A stretch of 63,995 nt of DNA, filler included. It is 5 parts of 5 records of this genome, joined end to end, with 100 filler letters (N's around TTAATTAATTAA, not from the genome) between each part and the next. Parts side by side here need not be neighbours in the genome. Positions count along the whole stretch, not along the records: positions 44,877 to 53,726 come from SRR31156797_11904; positions 53,827 to 58,885 come from SRR31156797_11950; positions 58,986 to 63,995 come from SRR31156797_13402; 2 more parts are not named here. One strand, 5' to 3'. A program made the translations under genes and the position numbers. The notes beneath the pieces were generated by a model that ran no database searches, was not told the DNA's origin, and saw only the letters and a program-made list of their open reading frames with translations. Below, piece after piece: positions 49,101-59,683 of the stretch (position 1 is its first letter; each line of letters starts with the position of its first letter).

Positions 49101-50396
49101 ATGTCTTTCAAAAAAGGAACTGTATCCGAAGAATTTGAAAACGCGCTTGAGATCGGTCGTCCCCCCAATATTGTCCAGCTGTTTCCCAATTCCATGGCGC
49201 TCATTGTCAGCGGCAAGGTCATCGATCGCGCCATGATCAAAAAGGGCAAGGCCATGACCATTGCGGCAAACGGCCGTAACCACTTTGTCATTCGCGGCGC
49301 ATTACGGGCGGCTCAGCGGGCCAATGCCGCCATCATCCTGGAGATTGCCAAATCCGAAGGCGGCGGTAATGCCTACTGCCCCGTCAACTACTGGAATCTC
49401 GCCAGGCAGGCCGATGCCGTCATGAACGAACTGGGAATCACTGTTCCCGTCGCCATTCACGCGGACCACTACGGCATTAAAAGTGAGAAGGATGTTGAAG
49501 CGGCCAAGATTGAAATCCCCACCCTGTTTGAAGCGGGCATTACCTCCATTGCCATCGATGCCTCCCACATGCCGGATGCGGATAACCTATCAGCCAACCT
49601 GGCGCTTCATTCATATCTTCCCCAATGGGCCGGCTATGAAACGGAAATTGGAGAGATCAAGGGGAAGCTTGGCCTTTCAACGGCGGAGGAAGCTCTGTTT
49701 CTCATTCAGGGGCTTAATGCAAATGATGCATTTCCCGACTGGATAGCGCTCAACAACGGCACCACCCACGGCATTGAACAGAGCGATGAGGGCATTCAGG
49801 TACCGCTCACGGCGGAGATTCATGAGGTGCTTGCCAAATACAATATATCCGGGGCACAGCACGGTACTTCCGGAAATAATTCGGAACGGCTTCGAAACAT
49901 TGTTCAACAAACCAATACCACCAAAGCCAATGTGGCAACGGCGCTTCAGATGATTTCATGGGGCGTCAAAGTCAATGATTTCGGTAACGCCATACTGGAT
50001 GAAAACGGCGAATTCGTCAAAATGACTTCCGCCGGCATGACCGACCACATGTGGCATGAAATGGTACGCTACGCCGAGGAACGGGATATTAAAGGCGGAA
50101 ACTACAAGAAGCTCAACCTCCCCTTTGAAAACAAACTGCTCGCCCTGCCCCGGGATATACGGGAAAGGATGGTTCAGGGGGTGGAAGATTTTGTCTATAA
50201 CCTGCTGACCCGGGTGTTCAATGCCCAGGATACCGCACCCCTGGCACTGGAAGCCATTTTGGAGGCCGGAAGCCATGACCTGGGTCCAAAGTCCGAGCGC
50301 ATTGAAGACCCAAGCCGCTGGACTCAAGACAAGATCCGGGAACGGGCGGCATCGCTGGATCCCGACAAGGGGCCGGCGGGAGACTTTGATGACTGA
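49101..50396 (+). CDS. fba: Class II fructose-bisphosphate aldolase
   Basis: HADH, SIAIDASH, ETEIG, GTTHG, QHGTSG, KANVAT. Confidence 0.88.
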   Translation: MSFKKGTVSEEFENALEIGRPPNIVQLFPNSMALIVSGKVIDRAMIKKGKAMTIAANGRNHFVIRGALRAAQRANAAIILEIAKSEGGGNAYCPVNYWNLARQADAVMNELGITVPVAIHADHYGIKSEKDVEAAKIEIPTLFEAGITSIAIDASHMPDADNLSANLALHSYLPQWAGYETEIGEIKGKLGLSTAEEALFLIQGLNANDAFPDWIALNNGTTHGIEQSDEGIQVPLTAEIHEVLAKYNISGAQHGTSGNNSERLRNIVQQTNTTKANVATALQMISWGVKVNDFGNAILDENGEFVKMTSAGMTDHMWHEMVRYAEERDIKGGNYKKLNLPFENKLLALPRDIRERMVQGVEDFVYNLLTRVFNAQDTAPLALEAILEAGSHDLGPKSERIEDPSRWTQDKIRERAASLDPDKGPAGDFDD

Positions 50397-51438
50397 GCCA
50401 TCAACGGATTTTCATCCCCATGGGCATATCTGGGTCGAAAAAATAGAAGCTGAGACAAGGATTTCCGGTTGCTATCTGGTCAAACAGAAAAAATTGTCCA
50501 CCACCCGCAACGGAAACCCTTTTTTGAGCCTCGTTCTGGGTGACAAAACGGGGGAAGTGCCGGCAAAAGTCTGGGACAGGGCTGAACCTTTGTCGGATCT
50601 TTTTCGTGAAGGGGAGGTCATTGAAATCGCGGGGCAAACCGCTACCTACCAAGGCCGGATTCAGCTGATCGTGTCTCAACTGCGTCCCTTATCTGATACG
50701 CCGGACCCTGGCATATTCGTGGAAACATCCCCCTTTGATACGAAGGAGATGATGCGATCCCTGAAAACGATTCTGAATCAGATCAAGGATACCCACTTAA
50801 AGCGTTTAATTGATCGATTCTGGAAGGATCGAAAATTTATCGGTCCTTTTAAAAATGCACCCGCGGCCAAGAATTTTCACCATAACTATCTGGGGGGACT
50901 TCTGGAGCACACGCTGTCGGTTTGCCGTCTGGCAACCCAGGCGGGTGACCACTATCCGTCTTTGAACAAAGACCTGCTGGTCACCGCCGCTTTCCTTCAT
51001 GACGTGGGCAAAACCCGGGAGTTCTCATGGAATATGATAATTGACTACACCGATGAAGGGAGGCTGGTGGGGCACCTCGTTCTGGGGGTTACCATGGTGG
51101 ACGAAAAATTAAGGACCTTGAAAGATTTCCCCCACGAACTGGCTATGCGACTGCGACATTTGATTCTCAGTCATCACGGCCAGTACGATTTCGGTTCGCC
51201 CAAAGAACCCAAATTCCTAGAAGCGTTTGCGCTTCATCTGCTGGATGATCTGGATGCAAAAATCAACGGTTTAAGCCGGTTTATGGAACGGGACCGGCAG
51301 GAAGGTGCATGGACCGATTTCAACCGCATGTTCCGCAAATATTTTCTCAAAAGCGCCATACCCACAACGCAGGAAACCGAGGAAAAAAGAGAGGCAAACG
51401 ACGATCGGCAGGGGATGCTTTTCTCACCTGATTTCTGA
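50389..51438 (+). CDS. OB-fold + HD 3'-5' exoribonuclease (YhaM/Cbf1 family)
   Basis: L.DKTG, APAA..FHH.YLGGLLEH, LHDVGK, GHL, SHHG...FGSP. Confidence 0.9.
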   Translation: MTEPSTDFHPHGHIWVEKIEAETRISGCYLVKQKKLSTTRNGNPFLSLVLGDKTGEVPAKVWDRAEPLSDLFREGEVIEIAGQTATYQGRIQLIVSQLRPLSDTPDPGIFVETSPFDTKEMMRSLKTILNQIKDTHLKRLIDRFWKDRKFIGPFKNAPAAKNFHHNYLGGLLEHTLSVCRLATQAGDHYPSLNKDLLVTAAFLHDVGKTREFSWNMIIDYTDEGRLVGHLVLGVTMVDEKLRTLKDFPHELAMRLRHLILSHHGQYDFGSPKEPKFLEAFALHLLDDLDAKINGLSRFMERDRQEGAWTDFNRMFRKYFLKSAIPTTQETEEKREANDDRQGMLFSPDF

Positions 51439-51466
51439 TCAAAACGTAAAAAGAAGGGGTAGACAT

Positions 51467-52756
51467 ATGGATAACGACCAGGTGACAAAGCTGCTCCGGT
51501 ATCGGTGGCTCATATTCTGGGTCCTTGCAACGGCTTACCTGTTTGTCTATTTTCACCGATTGTCCCTTTCCGTTGTGGCAAACGACATTGTGAAGGATTT
51601 CAATACATCAGCCAGCGTCATGGGGCTTCTGGGGTCCATCTATTTCTATTGTTACGCTGCCATGCAGCTACCTGCGGGACTCTTGTCCGATTCCATCGGG
51701 CCTAGAAAAACCGTCACCGTTTTTCTTCTGGTGGCCTCCGCGGGAAGTATTCTGTTTGGCCTGGCGCCGGACATTTACACCGCATTCGGAGGTCGCGTAC
51801 TGGTCGGTTTCGGGGTCTCCATGGTCTTCATTCCCACCATGAAAATTCTGAGTCAGTGGTTCCGCGCAAAAGAGTTTGCTTCCATGGCGGGAATCCTCAA
51901 TGCCGTTGGCGGCGTGGGGGCACTGGCGGCCACTTGGCTCCTGGCGTTCATGACGTCCGGCATAGGCTGGCGTGCCTCTTTTGTAATCATCGGCTGTTGC
52001 ACCCTTTTGCTGCTCATGTTGGTCTGGTTCGTGGTGAGAGATCGTCCCGAGGACCGTGGCTGGCCTTCCATTTTATCCATTGAAAACATGGAAAATAAAA
52101 GCAATGCCAAACCGGAGGGGATCGGTCTCATGGAAGGGGCCAAACGGGTTCTATCCAACAAATATTTCTGGCCGGTGGCCATCTGGTTCTTTTTTGATTG
52201 CGGCATTTTTTTTGGATTCGGCGCCCTGTGGGGGGGGCCCTATCTCATGCATGTATACGGATTAAGCCAGGGAGAAACCGGGGCCGTTCTGAGCATGATC
52301 GCCTACGGCATGATCGTGGGCAGCCCCCTGTTGGGCTTTGTTTCCGATAGGGTTCTAAAAAGCAGGAAAAAACCTTTCATGATCTGCACCAGCATCCTGG
52401 CATGCCTGCTCCTGTGTCTCTACCTGTTCCCTGCCGGACTGCCCAAACCTGCATTATATGGGGTTTTTTTGGTGCTTTCAGTTTGCGCTTCCTCCATCGT
52501 GGTCATCGGTTTTACCACCACCAAGGAACTGTTCCCCGTGGAAATCGCAGGCACTTCCGTCGGCACGGTCAATCTGTTCCCTTTCTTAGGTGGTGCCGTT
52601 TTCATGCCTTTGCTCGGGCGGATTCTGGACATATATCCCAAAACAGACACGGGTGCATATGCCCTTGAAGGCTATTCGGCATTACTCCTGGTGCTGTTCA
52701 TCTCTTCAATCCTGGCACTCATCTGCACCTTTTTCATGAAAGAAACCTGGAAGTAA
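51467..52756 (+). CDS. MFS transporter
   Basis: About 12 TM helices, G.LSD.IG.RK motif A, repeated in the second half. Confidence 0.92.
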   Translation: MDNDQVTKLLRYRWLIFWVLATAYLFVYFHRLSLSVVANDIVKDFNTSASVMGLLGSIYFYCYAAMQLPAGLLSDSIGPRKTVTVFLLVASAGSILFGLAPDIYTAFGGRVLVGFGVSMVFIPTMKILSQWFRAKEFASMAGILNAVGGVGALAATWLLAFMTSGIGWRASFVIIGCCTLLLLMLVWFVVRDRPEDRGWPSILSIENMENKSNAKPEGIGLMEGAKRVLSNKYFWPVAIWFFFDCGIFFGFGALWGGPYLMHVYGLSQGETGAVLSMIAYGMIVGSPLLGFVSDRVLKSRKKPFMICTSILACLLLCLYLFPAGLPKPALYGVFLVLSVCASSIVVIGFTTTKELFPVEIAGTSVGTVNLFPFLGGAVFMPLLGRILDIYPKTDTGAYALEGYSALLLVLFISSILALICTFFMKETWK

Positions 52757-52765
52757 GATAACATC

Positions 52766-53726
52766 ATGGCAATACTGAGCCTTCAGAACATCAGCCTCGC
52801 TTTCGGCGGGCCTTTGATCCTTGACAAAGTCAGTCTTCAAATCGAACCAAGTGAGCGCATATGCCTGGTGGGCCGAAACGGCGCAGGAAAAAGTACGCTC
52901 ATAAACCTGATCAACAATGGGATCCAACCGGACTCAGGGAACATATTCCGTAAACCCGGACTGGCTTTGGGAACCCTTTCCCAGGAAGTACCGCCACAAA
53001 TCCAGGGAAAAATAATTGACGTTGTATCTTCCGGTCTAAAAGACATTCTTTCGGAAAGTTCTCAGCATGCCTGGGGAATTCAAGCCCGGATCGACAAAGT
53101 CATCACCCGGCTTAAACTAGCGCCGGACACAGAATTCAAAACCCTTTCCGCCGGTATGAAGAGAAGAGTCCTTCTGGCAAAGACCATTGCGGAAGGTCCT
53201 GATCTACTGTTGTTGGATGAACCGACCAATCACATGGACATTCCTTCCATCGAATTGATGGAAAATTTTCTGCTTCAGTACCCAAAGGCCCTCCTTTTTG
53301 TCAGTCACGACCGCGTATTCCTGGAAAAGCTTTCCACCCGCATCATTGAAATTGACCGGGGGCGTCTCACCTCCTGGGCATGTGATTACAGAACATACCT
53401 TGAGAGAAAAAGCGCACTCATTGAGTCTGAAGAAGAACATAACCGGCAGTTCGAAAAAAAGATTTCCAAAGAGGAGATCTGGATCCGAAAAGGCATCAAG
53501 GCACGCCGAACCCGTGATGAGGGAAGGGTGCGCGCCTTGATGAAGATGCGTGAGGAAAAACGGGCTCTGCGCGAACAAACCGGCCGGGTGCGGATGCAGG
53601 CCCAGGAGGCGGACCGATCCGGAAAACTCGTCCTTAAAGCGAAAAATGTGACGTACCATTATGATGACCGCCCGATTTTCAAGGCGTTTTCCACCACCAT
53701 TCTGCGGGGAGAGAAGGTAGGTGTCA
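52766..53726 (+). CDS. uup: ABC-F ATPase Uup, 5' fragment
   Basis: GRNGAGKS, LSAG, LLLDEPTNH, EEIWIRKGIKARRTR.EGRVRAL. Confidence 0.9.
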
Positions 53727-53826
53727 NNNNNNNNNNNNNNNNNNNNNNNNNNNNNNNNNNNNNNNNNNNNTTAATTAATTAANNNNNNNNNNNNNNNNNN
53801 NNNNNNNNNNNNNNNNNNNNNNNNNN
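53727..53826. other. Artificial contig spacer
   Basis: N-run + TTAATTAATTAA + N-run. Confidence 0.99.
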
Positions 53827-54068
53827 TCCTGCAGGGCAAACAAGTTGCTTCTTATGTCCGTGTCAAGGGAGCAGGGAATACAAACACTGTTTACTTCTTT
53901 TGTCTTAATACCAAGATTGGAAAGTGTCTTTTCATCATAATCAACATCTCCTGTTTCCTGGATAATAACTCCTATTTTCTCACCCTTAGCATTAAGGTAC
54001 TGTGCAAGACTAAGTATTATTGTTGTTTTACCGCTACCGTTTGCCCCACCAATTATGCTGACTTTCAT
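53827..54068 (-). CDS. CobW/HypB/UreG-like P-loop GTPase, 5' fragment
   Basis: GGANGSGKTT, E.G.V..D, CIPCS. Confidence 0.7.
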
Positions 54069-54140
54069 TTTGCAACTCCAAAATATGTACTTTAATTGAG
54101 AAAGTTTCGTTTTGAATAACAAGCTATTATTTAGCTTCTG

Positions 54141-56795
54141 TCAATATATAGGAATTCGTGCTCTTTCCTGCGGATATACAGGTATTTTGAATGTGAACTT
54201 ACTACCTTTACCCGGTTTACTTTCAACCCAGATTATTCCATTTTGCATTTTCAGATACTCTTTTACAAGTACAAGTCCTAGTCCGGCACCACCATATCTG
54301 CGGGTATTTGAACCATCAACCTGCACAAAAGGATCAAATATTCTCTCTTTGTCCTTGTCTTCGATTCCAATCCCTGTATCTTCCACAGAAACTATGATCT
54401 CATCATTTTCTACACTTGCTTTAATGGTAATTGTACCATTTTCAGGTGTGAACTTCAGTGCATTCTCCATCAGGTTGTAGAGAATTTCCTTGAATTTCTT
54501 AGCATCAGCCGTTACATTGCTGACATTCTCAGCAATGCTGACATTAACAGAAATCTTCTTTTTCTGAGCCATTTTTTTTGTAGCACTAACAACAGTTTCA
54601 ATAGTTTCTGCAGGTTCAAAGGTTGTGAACTTGAGTCCTATTCCTTCGGATTCAACCTGTGCCAGGTCCAGCACATTGTTAATGAGTTCAAGTAATTTGT
54701 GCCCTGCATTGTTTATTATTCCCAGATATCTTCTATGTTCACTACTAAGAGGTTCTTCATTTTGCTCAAGCATTACTTCTGCATACCCTATCACAGAATT
54801 TAGGGGGGTTCTTAATTCATGGTTCATGTTTGCCAGCAGTTCATCTTTGCAGCGGTTAGCTTCCTCTGCAGCAATTCTTGCCAGAAGCATCTGTTCTTCG
54901 GTTTTCTTTCTTTCAGTAATGTCTACAAGAGTGCCAATGGCCCTTATACTTCCTTCCTTGCTGCTAAACGTTGCACCTTTTGCCTGTATCCACCTGTAAT
55001 TGCCAGATTTTGAAATCATCCTTAACTCTAAATTGAATCCCTCTTTTTTTTCAATGGAACCTATAATGTCAGGCAAAATAATGTCTCGATCATCTGGGTG
55101 CATAAGCTCTCCCCATTTTTCAGGCGACATGGAAAATTCTTTATCGTCATAACCAAGCATTGAATAAGATTTTGGACTAAAGTAAAATTCATTATTTTCC
55201 AGGTTCCAGTCCCAGAACCCATGCTCTGATACTGCCATAGCAAGCCTGAGTTGTTCTTCACTTTCTTTAAGGGCTTTTTCGGCAAGTACTCTGCCTGTGA
55301 TATCCCTGGTAGTTCCGTGCAGTACGGAAGGATTGCCATTCTCATCAGTAACTATTTTCCCAATAATCTCTACCGGAACCTGTTCTCCTCTTTTGTTCAA
55401 AACTTCTACCTGGAACACAACTCCCGGGAAATTAACTGGATCATTAATTCCTATTTGTACAAAGCCCATCATCTTCTGATAGTTTTCTTCATCACAGTGA
55501 TCTTCAAGTTTTGATCCCACCCACTCTTCAGGTGTGAATCCAAGTATGGTTGTAATTGCCGGATTAACATAAGTAAAAACCATTTCATTGTTCATGACCC
55601 AGATGCAATCAAGTGTGTTCTCAGCAAGGAGGCGATACAGTTCTTCACTTTCTTTTAACTCCCTTTCAGTTTTCTTCCTTTCTGAAATGTCTACAAAAGA
55701 ACCCATGTATGCAATAGGATTGTCATTTGTGTCTTTAATAACAGTTGCAGAAACCCACACTGGGAACGTAGTCCCATCTTTTTTCAAGGCCAGTAATTCA
55801 TCTTTAATTCCCTGGCTGTCCATATTTTTTAGCAGGTCTGAAGCTTTTTGTTTGTCGTACCAGAAATCCTCAAGTTTTCTTCCGACAACTTCTTCTTTTT
55901 TTGTGTATCCCCACATTTTTAAGGTTGACTGGTTGACATAAGTGACCCTGCCTTCAAGATCCATCATGGAAATGCCGTCAATGTTATATTCAATAGCCTG
56001 TCCTTTGATTCTGAGTTCTTCTTCCGCCTTTTTTTCTTTTGTTATGTCGCGAGTGTATCCGACCATTCCCATTGGCTGTCCGCTCCGGTTCTTCAGGAGC
56101 CACAGGGATAATGCACCAATGAACATTGTTCCATCTTTGTGTTTCAAACGTATTTCCTGATAGTTTTGCCCGTTTTCAATAAGTGGATCAATCACTTTTT
56201 CTTGGAGAATTGAATAGTCTTTTTCAGGGTAGAGAATCGATATATTCTGACCCAGGATTTCTTTTTCAGGGTATTTGTACATTATCTCTGCACCCTTGTT
56301 CCAGCTTGTGATGATGCCATCCATATCAGTCGAGATAATGGTGTAAGGCGATTGCTCAATTATCTGGGAGAGATACTCAAGTGATTCTGTAGCCTTTTTA
56401 GTTTTTATCAGAGCATTCTTTTTTTCCATCGCTTCCTGTATAGCAAAAGGCAACCTGTTTATGCGCTCTTTCAGTATGTAGTCGTTAGCACCAGCTTTCA
56501 TGGCATCGACTATTATTTCCTCATTTGCTGCCCCTGTCAGGATAATAAATGGAATTGTGGCGTCATATGTCAGGGTCATTTCCAGTGCTTTCATACCGTC
56601 AAAGCCCGGAAGTAAATAATCAGATATGATGATATCAGGGTTGAATTCGCACAGTCCTTTCAGGAATTCGTCTTCTGTCTCAGCCAGATATGATTCAAAC
56701 TCGATTCCACTGCTTTTTATTTTTCTCTTAGCCAGCTCCAGGTCTTCTGGCATGTCTTCGATGAACAGTATTTTTAGCACCTGATCTGCTACCAT
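54141..56795 (-). CDS. REC-multi-PAS-HisKA-HATPase sensor kinase (Methanosarcinales-like)
   Basis: N-terminal REC (ISDY.LP), four PAS/PAC domains, NHELRTPLN, DTGIGI, GAGLGL. Confidence 0.93.
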   Translation of the reverse strand: MVADQVLKILFIEDMPEDLELAKRKIKSSGIEFESYLAETEDEFLKGLCEFNPDIIISDYLLPGFDGMKALEMTLTYDATIPFIILTGAANEEIIVDAMKAGANDYILKERINRLPFAIQEAMEKKNALIKTKKATESLEYLSQIIEQSPYTIISTDMDGIITSWNKGAEIMYKYPEKEILGQNISILYPEKDYSILQEKVIDPLIENGQNYQEIRLKHKDGTMFIGALSLWLLKNRSGQPMGMVGYTRDITKEKKAEEELRIKGQAIEYNIDGISMMDLEGRVTYVNQSTLKMWGYTKKEEVVGRKLEDFWYDKQKASDLLKNMDSQGIKDELLALKKDGTTFPVWVSATVIKDTNDNPIAYMGSFVDISERKKTERELKESEELYRLLAENTLDCIWVMNNEMVFTYVNPAITTILGFTPEEWVGSKLEDHCDEENYQKMMGFVQIGINDPVNFPGVVFQVEVLNKRGEQVPVEIIGKIVTDENGNPSVLHGTTRDITGRVLAEKALKESEEQLRLAMAVSEHGFWDWNLENNEFYFSPKSYSMLGYDDKEFSMSPEKWGELMHPDDRDIILPDIIGSIEKKEGFNLELRMISKSGNYRWIQAKGATFSSKEGSIRAIGTLVDITERKKTEEQMLLARIAAEEANRCKDELLANMNHELRTPLNSVIGYAEVMLEQNEEPLSSEHRRYLGIINNAGHKLLELINNVLDLAQVESEGIGLKFTTFEPAETIETVVSATKKMAQKKKISVNVSIAENVSNVTADAKKFKEILYNLMENALKFTPENGTITIKASVENDEIIVSVEDTGIGIEDKDKERIFDPFVQVDGSNTRRYGGAGLGLVLVKEYLKMQNGIIWVESKPGKGSKFTFKIPVYPQERARIPIY

Positions 56796-57075
56796 TGTTC
56801 ATCCCCTTCCAAAAAACCCGGATGGATCTCTATAGTTTCCCATGAACTCACGCTAACATCCCACTTCAGGATAAGTCCAGACTCTAAAGTCATATACACA
56901 GTTTCATTAATTTCTCACTAATTACCCATTAAGTTATGATGTGCTTTTGATTAATAAACTTTCAGTTAATAGTATGAATTAGCCAGTGGTAAATCATTAA
57001 AAATAAAGTTCAGGGATAAATAATCAGTGAACAGAAATAGTAGACAAATTAAAACCAGCAAAGATCAGGACATTC

Positions 57076-58884
57076 TTATGTCCTGACCTCAGTTTCCAGC
57101 TTCTTCATTTCCTTGATTTCCCTGATTCTTCTTAAGATAACTTCTCCCAGGAAAACAATTAATGCGGCTATAAGGAAGTAGATCTTCTGGCTTATACTGT
57201 CACGCACCAGTTTTTCGGAGTTACCCTGGGCTTCAGTAAACAATTTAGATCTTGCTTCAGATACTGAAGTATAAGTAGTTCCTCCGTATGCCTTGATAAG
57301 TACGGGAAGATCATCATTAAGACCTACGTCACGATATTCAAGGGCATAGTTTACAGCAACAGGGTAACCTGAAAGGTCATGTACTCCTATGGGGCTTGGA
57401 TTGATTACCGCTTCGTAGACATTTTTACCGGTAAGGGAAAGGTCAACTTCACTGCCGTCAAGCTTCAGGGTAGGTATTCCTTCGTCGTACATTGTCAATT
57501 CTATAGTCTCAGGTGTACCAAACCACATGTCAGGTGCTTCAACAACAGCTCCGGTCTCTTCCCTGGGGTTACCGATGACCCAGTTTACAGTGGAAGAAAT
57601 TAGCTTTGAATTATTGTCTGAATACAATTGTGTAGCCCATAGATTGTTTCCACCCTGCCCATTGTCGGTCGAAAGAGCAGCAACCCTTCCAAGTCCGTAT
57701 CTCCATGTAGTTAAAACCGGCTTTCCTGTATTGGTAATTATCAGCCTGTCTGCTCCTGCTTTTGGCGTTACATCATTGTAGCCTGTGATGCTGCCGTTAA
57801 CATCTATGTTTTTGGTGATGAAATGCTTTGTATTGAGTTCTACAAGCGTGTATGAACTCAGTTGAGTTTCCTCATCAACCACTTCTACATCTGGTGTTTC
57901 TTCTATATCCTCAAAGTCAAGGTTAATTCTCTCGCCATTAATAACATTTATATATACTGCTCCTACCTCATCAAGGAAGTGCTTAAGCTGAGAATCAGGA
58001 CTAACGTTCCTTTTCTTTTGACTAGTATGTATAAAATAAATATTAGCAATATCTCCTAATAATTTCGCGGCTTCTATAGCTTCCTCACTCGTCCCTAAAA
58101 CCTCTCCATCTGTAATGATTATTACTTCATTAACTGTATTCGTTCCTGAAATCATTTCATATGCTAAAAGTAGTCCCTGATCCAGTGAAGTCTCACTTTC
58201 AAGATCTGGATATAATTTAGTAATATCTTGTTCTAATCTTTCTAGAGTGGATGCTGATCCGAGGTATTCTAATCCATATGAAACTTCTACAGCATCAGTT
58301 CCAAAGGCGATTACTCCTAAATTAGCGTCTCTAAGTTCCTCATCATTTAGCACCGCTAAAGCGTTTGCTATAATTGTTTCATGAATGTTTAGATCAGTCT
58401 GCCTCCTTGCTTCTCTTTCAGATTCATTTGCTAATTTATCTAAAGTCGGTTGTGTACCTCCTAAAGTACTCGGTGACATATCGAGTATCATAACTACGTT
58501 CCTGCCGCCACTCCAGTCTGTTGGTTTTGAAATAACAGGAAGTATCTCCTCAATTGACGAATCAAGGTAGTCACCAAAGTTGTAGGAACCGTCACCACCT
58601 ACAAAAACAATACCTCTTCCTTCGTTGAGATAGTCCTTTAGTTCCTGTACTTCCTCTTCTGTGAATGATCTTGCATGGGTGTTGTCAACAACTATCGCTT
58701 TTTTATTATCGATATTATCAATTCCACTTGAATGAGATACATCATACAAATCCAGCAAAATGCCACCCAGCGGGGAATTAGTATCAAGGTTAATTGCCCT
58801 GATTTTTGATTTTGGTATTGCATACACTGATTTGTAGAATACGTTGTTGATCTTGTCAACATCGGAACCTTCAGGAGTAATAGT
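57076..58884 (-). CDS. vWA-domain / glutamine-amidotransferase-like membrane-anchored protein, 3' fragment
   Basis: LDMSPS (DxSxS MIDAS), IIITDG, W.YGLGRV, C-terminal TM + E...RR; frame open to the contig edge. Confidence 0.75.
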   Translation of the reverse strand, partial: TITPEGSDVDKINNVFYKSVYAIPKSKIRAINLDTNSPLGGILLDLYDVSHSSGIDNIDNKKAIVVDNTHARSFTEEEVQELKDYLNEGRGIVFVGGDGSYNFGDYLDSSIEEILPVISKPTDWSGGRNVVMILDMSPSTLGGTQPTLDKLANESEREARRQTDLNIHETIIANALAVLNDEELRDANLGVIAFGTDAVEVSYGLEYLGSASTLERLEQDITKLYPDLESETSLDQGLLLAYEMISGTNTVNEVIIITDGEVLGTSEEAIEAAKLLGDIANIYFIHTSQKKRNVSPDSQLKHFLDEVGAVYINVINGERINLDFEDIEETPDVEVVDEETQLSSYTLVELNTKHFITKNIDVNGSITGYNDVTPKAGADRLIITNTGKPVLTTWRYGLGRVAALSTDNGQGGNNLWATQLYSDNNSKLISSTVNWVIGNPREETGAVVEAPDMWFGTPETIELTMYDEGIPTLKLDGSEVDLSLTGKNVYEAVINPSPIGVHDLSGYPVAVNYALEYRDVGLNDDLPVLIKAYGGTTYTSVSEARSKLFTEAQGNSEKLVRDSISQKIYFLIAALIVFLGEVILRRIREIKEMKKLETEVRT

Positions 58885-58885
58885 T

Positions 58886-58985
58886 NNNNNNNNNNNNNNN
58901 NNNNNNNNNNNNNNNNNNNNNNNNNNNNNTTAATTAATTAANNNNNNNNNNNNNNNNNNNNNNNNNNNNNNNNNNNNNNNNNNNN
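58886..58985. other. Artificial contig spacer
   Basis: N-run + TTAATTAATTAA + N-run. Confidence 0.99.
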
Positions 58986-58986
58986 T

Positions 58987-59127
58987 GGAATGACTGCCGA
59001 TTGGGTACATTTACCTTATGAGTTTCTAAGCAAAGTTTCAAACAAAATAATCAATAACGTAAAAGGTGTAAACAGAGTTGTTTATGATATCAGTTCTAAA
59101 CCACCTGCTACAATTGAGTGGGAATAA
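58987..59127 (+). CDS. guaA: GMP synthase, 3' fragment
   Basis: GMTADW...[19 protein letters not shown]. Confidence 0.95.
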   Translation, partial: GMTADWVHLPYEFLSKVSNKIINNVKGVNRVVYDISSKPPATIEWE

Positions 59128-59131
59128 AACT

Positions 59132-59161
59132 AAAGGTCGCCAATCTGGTGACCTTTTTTTT
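59132..59161 (+). terminator. Intrinsic (probably bidirectional) terminator
   Basis: AAAGGTCGCCA-ATC-TGGTGACCTTT stem followed by a T-run, between convergent guaA and hslR. Confidence 0.85.
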
Positions 59162-59543
59162 AACTATCTATAAAATCATCAAGATTGCGACGTTCTTTTT
59201 TTGTAGGTCGGCCGGTTCCCTTTTGCCTGTAACCATCAATATTATATCGCATTAAATGTAATTTATCTAATTCTTCCTGTGGAGTGAGGTCTTCCATAAA
59301 ATCAGGAACAAGTTTAGCTCCCATTCTTTTTTCTGCTAATTGTAATACTTTTACAGTATATATCACAGGAGGCTTTTTAACATCAATAATATTCCCTTCA
59401 CTTATTGTTTTTCCGGGTTTAACTGCTTCTCCATCAATTAGCACTCTTGATTTCTTACAAGCTTCAGTAGCTAAACTACGTGTTTTAAAAACCCTCACTG
59501 CCCACAACCATTTATCAACCCTTACTGATTCTTTTTCACTCAT
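59160..59543 (-). CDS. hslR: S4-domain ribosome-associated heat shock protein Hsp15
   Basis: RVDKWLWAVR.FKTRSLA, GRPTKKERR. Confidence 0.92.
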   Translation of the reverse strand: MSEKESVRVDKWLWAVRVFKTRSLATEACKKSRVLIDGEAVKPGKTISEGNIIDVKKPPVIYTVKVLQLAEKRMGAKLVPDFMEDLTPQEELDKLHLMRYNIDGYRQKGTGRPTKKERRNLDDFIDS

Positions 59544-59561
59544 TTGTTTATATTTTTCACA

Positions 59562-59662
59562 CAAATTTAATATTCATATACAAAAAATCCACTTATTTCG
59601 TTCTCTTAATCGGGAAATCAGTAAAATCACGTGTTACGGTTAAAAATTAATTATTAGATTTG
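59562..59662. promoter_or_regulatory. Divergent Bacteroidota TAnnTTTG (-7) promoter elements
   Basis: TAAATTTG on minus (59562-59569) and TAGATTTG on plus (59655-59662). Confidence 0.6.
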
Positions 59663-59683
59663 TACCGTATTGATAATAAGGAT

